A stretch of DNA of 64,000 nt, taken from NCBI GenBank assembly GCA_964626135.1, contig CAZVEZ010000001.1, positions 18,955-82,954 of the forward strand, given 5' to 3'. Both the position numbers and the translations under genes were made by a program. The stretch comes from an uncultured Nitrospira sp. (GTDB taxonomy: Bacteria; Nitrospirota; Nitrospiria; Nitrospirales; Nitrospiraceae). Below the pieces are notes generated by a model. It saw only the letters and a list, made by a program, of their open reading frames with translations, was not told the origin of the DNA and searched no databases. Position 1 is the first letter of the stretch. Each line of letters starts with the position of its first letter. Below are positions 56,659-64,000 of the stretch, piece after piece.

Positions 56659-57734
56659 CGACTGTGGCGACAACGATTCCCCATTCACGGCCTGCAATAG
56701 ACGAGGAAGATCTTCGGGTGACGGCCGAGGTGCTTCGTTCAGGGCAGATCGCTCAGGGACCGTGGGTGGAGCGATTCGAGCATGATATGGCAGCGTTCTT
56801 TGGCCTGCAGGGTGGGGTGGCCGTCAGTTCAGGCACCGCCGCGCTTGAGCTGGCCTTGCGGGCGCTCAGAATCGGCCCCGGCGACGAAGTCATCATGCCA
56901 AGCTATGTTTGCCCTGCGCCCTGGCTTGCGACGCGGCGGGTGGGGGCAGAAGCCAGACTTGTCGATATCGACCTGAATACGTTCAACATCAATCCTCTCG
57001 CAGCCTGCCAGGCAATGACCACGAAGACTCGCGCAATCATCGTCCCGCATCTGTTCGGCCTGCCGGCCGATCTCACGGCGCTTGAGCAATTGGGGATTCC
57101 GCTGATTGAAGATTGTGCGCAGACACTGGGGGCGACGGAACAGGGCCGGCCTGTTGGTACGGTCGGAACACTGACTGTGTGTTCCTTCTACGCCACGAAG
57201 CTGCTCTGTACGGGAGAGGGCGGGATGGTTTTGTCGAAGGAGAAAATGCTACTCGAACGAGTCAGATCGTTCCGCGAATATGACGGCGCACCGACGCTGG
57301 ACCCTTCTTCCTTCAATTTCAAGCTGACCGATGTGCAAGGCGCGATTGGACTCTGTCAGCTGGGACGGTTCGCGGCCTTTGCGGAACGGCGCCGATCCCT
57401 CGCCGGAACCTATCACGCAGCCCTGTCCTCCAAGGACGTCGTCTGTCCGGAGGCTCCTCCGGGCAGGACACACGGGTACTATCGGTTTGCAATCAGGCTT
57501 TCGCGCCTCCGGACCGACCCTGATGGCTTGCCTGGTCTCATCAGGGCGTTGGAGCAGGAGGGGATTCACTGCCGCAAGCCCGTCTTTCAACCGCTCCATC
57601 GCTATCTGGATCAGTCCGGTTTTCCCAACAGCGACGAGGCGGACCGGACGGCGCTGTCAATACCGCTGTACCCCGATCTCACAGACGACGAAGTCCGACA
57701 GATTCAACAATCGCTGGCCAAGGTTCTTTCGTGA
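56655..57734 (+). CDS. DegT/DnrJ/EryC1/StrS family sugar aminotransferase (PLP-dependent)
   Basis: It contains VSSGTAALELALRA and IIVPHLFG, plus the PLP-Lys motif SFYATKLLCTGEGGMV. An ATGA overlap links it to the PIG-L gene. Confidence 0.9.
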   Translation: MTTVATTIPHSRPAIDEEDLRVTAEVLRSGQIAQGPWVERFEHDMAAFFGLQGGVAVSSGTAALELALRALRIGPGDEVIMPSYVCPAPWLATRRVGAEARLVDIDLNTFNINPLAACQAMTTKTRAIIVPHLFGLPADLTALEQLGIPLIEDCAQTLGATEQGRPVGTVGTLTVCSFYATKLLCTGEGGMVLSKEKMLLERVRSFREYDGAPTLDPSSFNFKLTDVQGAIGLCQLGRFAAFAERRRSLAGTYHAALSSKDVVCPEAPPGRTHGYYRFAIRLSRLRTDPDGLPGLIRALEQEGIHCRKPVFQPLHRYLDQSGFPNSDEADRTALSIPLYPDLTDDEVRQIQQSLAKVLS

Positions 57735-58900
57735 AAGCTATCGACGTCGAGACCACTCCATTCACGTTGCGCAGCAGCTGGCGCTGGCTGACACCGGCTG
57801 CGCTGGGAGCGTTGCTGGGCGTGGCGGCCTTGGCGATTCCCACGATTCGTGAACTGTTCGTGTTTGAAGGTCTCCGGTGGCTCTACATTCTCCTCTTCGC
57901 GTTTCTCGGCGCCGGCACATTGACGCCGCTCATGGCGCATCTCAGTCATCAATGGGGCCTGGTCGATCAACCATCGGAACGTAAAATCCATGCGCACCCG
58001 ACTCCCAGACTCGGTGGAGTGGCGGTCTATCTGGGATTTCTCGGCTCAGTCCTGTTGAATTCCATCCTGCCTGACTGGATGATCGCCACACTGGCGGCTG
58101 GATCGCTGCTCTTGATTGTCGGTGTCATCGATGATGTTTGGGAATTGCCCGCTGCATCGAAGCTGGCTGCCCAGCTTGTGGCTGCCGGAATCGTCATCGC
58201 GACGGGCAAGGTGCTGACGCTGTGTCCGAGCGGTCCGGTCGGCGATGTGGCGAACGTGGCGCTGACATTGCTCTGGATCGTCGGGATCACAAACGCATTC
58301 AATTTTTTTGACGGCATGGATGGTCTGGCCACGGGGCTTGCGATTCTCATAGCCGGATTTATGGGCGTGGTGGCCTTTGAGACCGATCAAGCGGGATTAG
58401 GCTGGCTGGCCATCGCCATCGTCGGGGCGGGGCTCGGATTTCTTCCTTACAATTTTCGAGGACGGAAGCCGGCGGTGATTTTCCTCGGGGACGGAGGGGC
58501 GACGTTTCTTGGATTCACGCTGGCCTGTCTCGCGGTGAAAGGGAATTGGGCGGACTCCAGTCCCATCGTCTCATTCAGCAATCCGCTCCTCATCTTCGGC
58601 GTGCTCATCTATGACATGATCCACATCACCGTGGAACGGGTCGCGACAGGGAAAGTTCGTTCCATCAAGGAATGGCTCGACTACGTGGGCAAAGACCATC
58701 TCCATCATCGATTGGAGCGTGCGTTGGGGTCCCGCCAGGCAAGCGTGGCGATGATCTGTCTCATGACCATTTGCCTCGGTCTGGCTGCCTTAGCCCTCCG
58801 TCATGCCGGAGCAGCCGAGGCGATACTGTTGCTCGTGCAAGCCTGCCTGATTGTGGTCATGATCACGATTCTCGAGTGGAGCGGTCGCCAGAATCGTTAA
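57731..58900 (+). CDS. Polyprenyl-phosphate N-acetylhexosamine-1-phosphate transferase (WecA/MraY-like)
   Basis: It has about 10-11 TM helices and the motifs [20 protein letters not shown] and [12 protein letters not shown]. The GTG start overlaps the DegT stop. Confidence 0.88.
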   Translation: MKAIDVETTPFTLRSSWRWLTPAALGALLGVAALAIPTIRELFVFEGLRWLYILLFAFLGAGTLTPLMAHLSHQWGLVDQPSERKIHAHPTPRLGGVAVYLGFLGSVLLNSILPDWMIATLAAGSLLLIVGVIDDVWELPAASKLAAQLVAAGIVIATGKVLTLCPSGPVGDVANVALTLLWIVGITNAFNFFDGMDGLATGLAILIAGFMGVVAFETDQAGLGWLAIAIVGAGLGFLPYNFRGRKPAVIFLGDGGATFLGFTLACLAVKGNWADSSPIVSFSNPLLIFGVLIYDMIHITVERVATGKVRSIKEWLDYVGKDHLHHRLERALGSRQASVAMICLMTICLGLAALALRHAGAAEAILLLVQACLIVVMITILEWSGRQNR

Positions 58901-58947
58901 ACCCGACCGCTTGCACTGTATCCCGGTTCCCGCTACAAGATTCTTCT

Positions 58948-59979
58948 ATGGTTCCTACCGTTGAATGGAAAGACGGCGCAGTACGGTTGCTCGACCAGAG
59001 CCGGCTCCCGGAGCATGTCGAGTTTCTGGATTGCCGGGACTACGTGGCAGTGGCCGACGCCATTCGCAGTCTCAAAGTCAGAGGCGCTCCGGCGATCGGC
59101 GTGACTGCGGCGATGGGGGTTGCGCTCGGAGCCCAGACCGTCACGGTATCCGACCACGAGGCATTTGCGAAGGCAGTGCTCGTGATCTGCGATCATCTCG
59201 CGGCGACCAGGCCGACAGCGGTGAATCTATTCTGGGCCATCGAACGGATGAAACGGCTGCTCGCGTCGTTAGGCACACAGCCGATTGCGTCCATCAAAGC
59301 TGCGTTGACGAAGGAATCACAAGCGATTCTCGATGAAGATGTCGCGCTCTGTAAGGCGATGGGGCAGCACGGATCGGATCTGATTGCGAGTGGCCAGACG
59401 ATCCTGACCCATTGCAATGCAGGAGCCTTGGCCACAGCCGGCTATGGCACGGCATTGGGTGTCATTCGCGCGGCCTGGGAGCAGGGGAAGCAGATTCATG
59501 TTATCGCAGACGAAACCAGACCGGTGCTACAAGGCGCACGGCTTACGGCATGGGAATTGATGCAGGACAAGATTCCTGTGACGCTCATCACGGACAACAT
59601 GGCTGGCACACTGATGCGGCAGGGGAAAATTCACCTCTGTATTGTCGGAGCCGATCGGATCGCCGCCAACGGGGACGTGGCGAACAAGATCGGCACCTAT
59701 TCGGTCGCTGTCTTGGCGAAGGCCCACGGGATTCCCTTCTACGTGGCCGCCCCCTATTCTACGATTGATCTCAAGACACAAACAGGAGGCGACATTCCCA
59801 TCGAACAACGAAATCCCTTGGAAGTCACCACCATTCATGGAAGCCATCCGGTCGCGCCGAACGGTGTGGCCGTCTACAATCCCGCGTTCGACGTGACGCC
59901 GGCGGAGCTGATCACCGGCATCGTCACCGAGCGCGGCGTCTTTAAGCCGGGCGAACTCGCCGCACAGTTTCGGTCATAG
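58948..59979 (+). CDS. mtnA: S-methyl-5-thioribose-1-phosphate isomerase
   Basis: [17 protein letters not shown]...[14 protein letters not shown] is followed by the catalytic-Cys region [12 protein letters not shown] and the Asp region [18 protein letters not shown]. The track ORF was trimmed to the ATG at 58948. Confidence 0.88.
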   Translation: MVPTVEWKDGAVRLLDQSRLPEHVEFLDCRDYVAVADAIRSLKVRGAPAIGVTAAMGVALGAQTVTVSDHEAFAKAVLVICDHLAATRPTAVNLFWAIERMKRLLASLGTQPIASIKAALTKESQAILDEDVALCKAMGQHGSDLIASGQTILTHCNAGALATAGYGTALGVIRAAWEQGKQIHVIADETRPVLQGARLTAWELMQDKIPVTLITDNMAGTLMRQGKIHLCIVGADRIAANGDVANKIGTYSVAVLAKAHGIPFYVAAPYSTIDLKTQTGGDIPIEQRNPLEVTTIHGSHPVAPNGVAVYNPAFDVTPAELITGIVTERGVFKPGELAAQFRS

Positions 59980-60122
59980 GCCATTCCCAAACCATTCTGC
60001 TGGAATTGCGCGGAACTCGTGCGAATTTCCCGGCCTAGTGATACGGTGGATTCCAAGATGCGTGTTTAGGCACCACCGGTTGAGCACCTTTCGCAGGTTC
60101 ACCGTTACTCGAAAACACGACG

Positions 60123-61592
60123 ATGCAAAGTGGCGTCTCTTCTCTCATGCCCGATCCCCCTCAGATCATGACCCTTCAGACCAAAGAGAAGTTGGCGGCG
60201 AGCCGAGAGCACTTCAATCGCTTGGCGAGCCAGCGCGCTTATTGGCGGCACAAAGCCGGTGCGTACTACGAAGACCAGGCCCGCTATTTCCAATTTCTGG
60301 TTCCCCAAGGTCTTCGGGTTCTCGAAGTGGGGTCGAGTCTTGGAAATTTGCTGGCCGCTCTCAAACCGTCACGGGGAGTCGGGGTCGATCTGAGTGAGGC
60401 GATGGTCAGAGAGGCGGCTCTGCAACACCCCTCGTTAGAATTTCACGTCAGTGATGCGGAAACGTTGGAGCTGCGCGAACAGTTCGATGTTGTGATTCTT
60501 GCCGACGTGATCGGACACTTACTGGATGTGGAGGCCGCGCTCACCCGGCTGCATCGGGTCTGCACCGCCAGGACCCGGATTATTGTGTCGAATTACAACT
60601 ATCTCTGGGAGCCCGTTCTCCGGTTGGGTGAAAAGATCGGCATGAAAATGCCTCAGCGCGAGCAGAGCTGGCTGTCACCGGCCGACATTGCCAATCTCCT
60701 GCACCTGTCGGACTTTGAGGTTGTGAAGACGGAACGGCGGCTGTTGTTTCCGAAACGTATTCCGCTTCTCTCCACACTGTTCAACAAGTTCCTGGCCTAT
60801 CTTCCTCTTGTCAACAAGCTCTGTCTCTGTCACTACGTCGTCGCGCGGCCCCGCGTGCGTGAAACGGCAAGCATATTTTCTACCACGATCGTCATCCCCT
60901 GCCGGAATGAGCGGGGAAATATTGAGGCCGCCGTGCGGCGGATACCGTTGTTCGGGGGGCATCAGGAAATTATTTTCGTGGATGGTCATTCGACCGATGG
61001 AACGTCCGAGGAAATTCAGCGCGTCATGAAGGCCTTCCCCCGCAAAGATATCCGTTTTCTGGTGCAGGATGGAACGGGGAAAGGCGATGCCGTACGAAAA
61101 GGATTCGCGCAGGCTAAAGGGGACATTCTGATGATCCTTGATGCGGATCTGACGATGCCGCCGGAGGACCTCCCCAAGTTTTATGACGCCATCGCGAGCG
61201 GCAAAGGTGAATTCATCAACGGTTGCCGTTTGGTCTACCCCATGGAGTCGCAGGCGATGCGTGTATTGAATCTCCTGGGCAATAAATTCTTCAGCATGGC
61301 CTTCTCCTGGTTGCTCAACCAGAGGATCAAAGATACCCTGTGCGGAACAAAAGTCTTGTTTCGCCGCGACTACGAGCGGTTGGTAATGAATCGTGAGTAC
61401 TTCGGGGACTTCGATCCCTTCGGCGATTTCGACCTGTTGTTCGGCGCGTCGAAATTGAATCTCCATATTCTGGAAATCCCGATTCGCTACCAGGATCGAA
61501 CCTATGGCAGCAGCAACATTCAGCGATTCGCCCATGGATGGTTGTTGCTGAAGATGACGGTCTACGGATTTTTTCGATTGAAGGCCGTGTAA
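60123..61592 (+). CDS. Fusion protein: N-terminal class I SAM methyltransferase + C-terminal GT2 (polyprenyl-phosphate glycosyltransferase/DPM1-ArnC-like)
   Basis: The methyltransferase part reads VLEVGSSLGN...VGVDLS...FDVVILADVIGHL. The GT2 part, from about 60880, reads TIVIPCRNERGNI...IIFVDGHSTDGT...GKGDAVRKG...ILMILDADLTMPPEDL. Confidence 0.85.
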   Translation: MQSGVSSLMPDPPQIMTLQTKEKLAASREHFNRLASQRAYWRHKAGAYYEDQARYFQFLVPQGLRVLEVGSSLGNLLAALKPSRGVGVDLSEAMVREAALQHPSLEFHVSDAETLELREQFDVVILADVIGHLLDVEAALTRLHRVCTARTRIIVSNYNYLWEPVLRLGEKIGMKMPQREQSWLSPADIANLLHLSDFEVVKTERRLLFPKRIPLLSTLFNKFLAYLPLVNKLCLCHYVVARPRVRETASIFSTTIVIPCRNERGNIEAAVRRIPLFGGHQEIIFVDGHSTDGTSEEIQRVMKAFPRKDIRFLVQDGTGKGDAVRKGFAQAKGDILMILDADLTMPPEDLPKFYDAIASGKGEFINGCRLVYPMESQAMRVLNLLGNKFFSMAFSWLLNQRIKDTLCGTKVLFRRDYERLVMNREYFGDFDPFGDFDLLFGASKLNLHILEIPIRYQDRTYGSSNIQRFAHGWLLLKMTVYGFFRLKAV

Positions 61593-62350
61593 TGTCGGAT
61601 GCCATTCTGTATCGACATCGGGAAATCTGGCAGCGCAAGCCGTTGCTTCGACGGCTCTACCGGGACTGGTATCGGGACATCGCCGTCTGGTTGGCGTCGG
61701 GGAGGACGGTTGAGATCGGCGGCGGAACAGGAAATCTCAAGGAATATGCGTCGGGAGTCTGTTGTACCGACGTCGTCTCGCTTCCATGGTTGGACGCAGT
61801 GACCGATGCTCAACGGCTCCCGTTTCAGACCGGCTCTCTCGGCAACCTCGTCCTATTCGATACGTTACACCATATTGAAAATGTTTCGCTGTTTTTCGAC
61901 GAGGCTTTGCGCGCGCTGAAAGGCGGTGGACGGATCATCATCATGGATCCCTACATCTCTTGGGCCTCCTGGCCCGTCTATCGATACCTCCATCCCGAGC
62001 CGGTAAACTTGAGCCAAAACCCGCTGCTGCTCACGACTCCCCGGGCCGATCGTCAGCCCTTCGATTCCAATCAAGCCATGGCAACGATCCTGTTTGAAAA
62101 GGAGCTGTCGCGGTTTCGATCGCGCTATCCGGACTTGGCCGTCCGGCAGGTCAAACGGCTCGCGTTCTTAGCCTATCCACTCAGTGGAGGATTTGATCGT
62201 CCGTCCATGATTCCACCAGGCTTGATCGTTCCGATTCTCAAGTTGGAGCGAAAGCTCGGGTGGCTCGCGCGGCTCTTTGCATTTCGGATTTTCGTCGTCT
62301 TGGAGAAACGAATTACATCGGCTTGCAAGCCGGGAGAGCGCTCCTTATAA
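61592..62350 (+). CDS. Class I SAM-dependent methyltransferase
   Basis: It has motif I TVEIGGGTGNL, followed by LPFQTGSLGNLVLFDTLHHI and GGRIIIMDP. The start ATG shares one nucleotide with the upstream TAA (TAATG). Confidence 0.8.
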   Translation: MSDAILYRHREIWQRKPLLRRLYRDWYRDIAVWLASGRTVEIGGGTGNLKEYASGVCCTDVVSLPWLDAVTDAQRLPFQTGSLGNLVLFDTLHHIENVSLFFDEALRALKGGGRIIIMDPYISWASWPVYRYLHPEPVNLSQNPLLLTTPRADRQPFDSNQAMATILFEKELSRFRSRYPDLAVRQVKRLAFLAYPLSGGFDRPSMIPPGLIVPILKLERKLGWLARLFAFRIFVVLEKRITSACKPGERSL

Positions 62351-62405
62351 TACATGCGCTAAGCCTCATTTAATTCTTTAACTATGCGGAGGAACGGTAG
62401 AGACG

Positions 62406-62825
62406 ATGAGTGAACGAACGTTGGCGATCATCAAACCGGATGCGGTGAAAAAGAAAGTCATGGGCGATATTATCAGCCGCTATGAGACGGCTGGGTTGAA
62501 TCCGGTGGCTGTGAAATTCATACAGATGTCGAAACCCACGGCGGAAGGGTTTTACTCGGTGCATAGAGCCAGGCCGTTTTTTGACAGCCTTTGTACGTTT
62601 ATGTGTTCAGGTCCGTCGCTCGTGATGGTGCTGCAGGGCGACAACGCCATCAAGAAGAATCGAGAACTGATGGGTGCGACCGATCCGGCCAAGGCGGAGG
62701 CGGGTACGATTCGCAAGGCGCATGGGACGAACATCGAATTTAACGCGGTGCACGGGTCCGATTCGCCGGAGACCGCCAAGTTCGAGATTTCATACTTCTT
62801 CCCCGAAATGGATCTGGTCAGGTAG
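62406..62825 (+). CDS. ndk: Nucleoside diphosphate kinase
   Basis: It starts [14 protein letters not shown] and contains the active-site NAVHGSDS. The gene is 139 aa. Confidence 0.97.
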   Translation: MSERTLAIIKPDAVKKKVMGDIISRYETAGLNPVAVKFIQMSKPTAEGFYSVHRARPFFDSLCTFMCSGPSLVMVLQGDNAIKKNRELMGATDPAKAEAGTIRKAHGTNIEFNAVHGSDSPETAKFEISYFFPEMDLVR

Positions 62826-62883
62826 GAGCGCCTGTCGGGCGTGAACGGCTGTGCTCATTCCCGTTCAGCGATGGCCGGTCGCC

Positions 62884-64000
62884 GTGAGATGGATTTCATG
62901 TCTGCTGCTCGCGGCTCTTTCCGGCTGCGCCACCCTCGAGCCACGATTTCCTCCTTCGATACCGCCCGGCGCATCGGGTGTCGATCCGGAGCTGGACGCG
63001 CAGGCGCAGCTGATAGCGTCTGCGTATCGCGCCTATGGGCAAGAGCGATACCTACTCGCCAGTGCGCGTCTCCAACGATTTGTCGATGCGAATCCTGATT
63101 CTTCGAGGCTGAGCGAAGCGCGTTGGTGGCTCGCCCGTTCGCACGAGCAGGGTGGAGACCTCCCGGCCGCATTGGCTGCCTATCGCGCCTTGGTCGGGGC
63201 AGCGCCGCGATCCACTCCGGCCGCCGGTAGTTACGAGTTTCATGCTCTCAATCGGCTGGACGCCTATCGCCGGAGTCTTAGCCCCACTTCATTGCTGGAA
63301 CGGCGGCAAGTTGCGCTCTGGGTGTCAGGCGCGGACTGGCTTGCGATTTCCGATGTCGGGCTTTGGATGGCGCAACTCGCTGGCGCGGGAGTGACGGCAT
63401 TGATTGTCGAGGCGGGGACTCCTCCTCGTGAGTCGGCGCAGTCGGGGCCGATGGGGGCCTACTTTCAGACCTCAAAGGCTCCAGTCGTTGAAGATCTGTT
63501 TAAGGTGATCGTGCCGGCAGCCCATGCCGAAGGGATGGCGGTATTGGCGTCGCTCAATCTGCATGAGCCAGGGTGGATGATGATGAATCCCGAGTGGGGT
63601 ATCGCCCCAGTGGACAGGATCGATCAGCCGTTCCAGGCGATCGGACCTGTCGACGTCCTCCATCCGGATTATCAGCATGTGGCCAGTGAGGTGGCGCAGG
63701 ATTTGTTGCAGACAGGGATCGACGGACTGGTGCTCGAGGTCAGGAAGGCCAAGGGATTCGCCTGGGAATGGAGTCCGGTGTCGCGGCGGATGTTCGAAGG
63801 GATCTTCGAACCTTCATCCGGCAGCCAGAGCCAGTCTGTTTCACCGTACTCATGGCGTTGGGCGGGGTGGAAAACCAGGACCTATCTTGAGTTCGTCGCA
63901 CGACTCACTCGACAGTTGCGACAGGCCCGGCCGGGACTTCTTACCGTTGTGGCCGTGCACGAGGGTGCGATCCTCTCGCCGGTTGATGCCTTGACGGAAT
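62884..64000 (+). CDS. Lipoprotein with TPR-like N-terminal region and glycoside-hydrolase-like (GHL10/GHL13, PgaB-C-like) TIM-barrel region; 3' end outside window
   Basis: It is absent from the ORF track because no stop occurs before the window end. My hand translation from the GTG at 62884 gives VRWISCLLLAALSGC|A (lipobox). This is followed by YRAYGQERYLLASARLQRFV (TPR-like). It then continues GVTALIVEAG...VIVPAAHAEGMAVLASLNLHEPGWMMMNPEWG...VLHPDYQHVASEVAQDLLQTGIDGLVLE. An alternative GTG start lies at 62851. Confidence 0.5.
   Translation, partial: MRWISCLLLAALSGCATLEPRFPPSIPPGASGVDPELDAQAQLIASAYRAYGQERYLLASARLQRFVDANPDSSRLSEARWWLARSHEQGGDLPAALAAYRALVGAAPRSTPAAGSYEFHALNRLDAYRRSLSPTSLLERRQVALWVSGADWLAISDVGLWMAQLAGAGVTALIVEAGTPPRESAQSGPMGAYFQTSKAPVVEDLFKVIVPAAHAEGMAVLASLNLHEPGWMMMNPEWGIAPVDRIDQPFQAIGPVDVLHPDYQHVASEVAQDLLQTGIDGLVLEVRKAKGFAWEWSPVSRRMFEGIFEPSSGSQSQSVSPYSWRWAGWKTRTYLEFVARLTRQLRQARPGLLTVVAVHEGAILSPVDALTE

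Noticed and set aside
60675-61535. A 286-aa minus-strand ORF.
   Set aside because: It is antisense to the MT-GT2 fusion gene, whose GT2 motifs are clear on the plus strand.
1-64000. A scan for CRISPR arrays, IS elements, transposases, integrases, prophage genes, rRNA, tmRNA, RNase P and SRP RNA.
   Set aside because: I noticed no regularly spaced direct repeats, no transposase- or integrase-like translations, and none of the conserved ncRNA core motifs. A visual scan cannot exclude short or degenerate elements.

Overview
This is a chromosomal segment from a diderm (Gram-negative-type) bacterium. It looks moderately GC-rich by eye. I saw no rRNA, CRISPR array, transposase, integrase or phage genes. 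Gene content and order remind me of Nitrospirota-like genomes, but I cannot verify that without a database search.

Layout:
(1) 0-14 kb is mostly minus-strand housekeeping. It holds lolD and a lolC/E permease, lysS, prfB with its classical programmed +1 frameshift, and lnt. It also holds a plus-strand islet (pal, a lipoprotein, a single-domain PilZ protein), a small membrane protein, argJ-argC and rpsI-rplM. Two tandem DUF151/BFN nuclease-domain paralogues and a Cys4 YggX-like gene complete the block.
(2) 14.0-16.3 kb contains tRNA-Leu(CAA), a secreted Gly-rich protein with near-consensus expression signals, a TusA-like gene and rsmI.
(3) From 16.36 kb to the window end every gene is on the plus strand. 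First comes a heme/siroheme cluster: ccsA/hemX-like, hemA, hemC, a cobA-hemD fusion, a CBS protein and hemB. Then come ribF, the conserved tilS-hpt-ftsH-folP-glmM block and comEC.
(4) 32.86-62.35 kb is a very tightly packed glycan/EPS locus of about 29.5 kb, and it is the most interesting part of the window. It opens with a ribbon-helix-helix regulator and an HD-GYP c-di-GMP phosphodiesterase. It encodes Wza-, Wzc-, Wzy/ligase- and Wzx-like machinery and a WecA-like initiating transferase. It also encodes multiple GT4/GT2/GT-C glycosyltransferases, including a double-GT4 fusion and an MT-GT2 fusion. There are six SAM-methyltransferase domains, four of them strictly alternating with glycosyltransferases. 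AsnB, WbqC, PIG-L, DegT, an unusual membrane-embedded PHP protein and mtnA are also present.
(5) ndk and a 3'-truncated TPR plus glycoside-hydrolase-like lipoprotein end the window.

One candidate orphan sRNA unit (promoter plus bidirectional terminator) lies at 8.47-8.63 kb. All functional calls rest on my reading of the translated ORFs (motifs and family resemblance). No searches were run.
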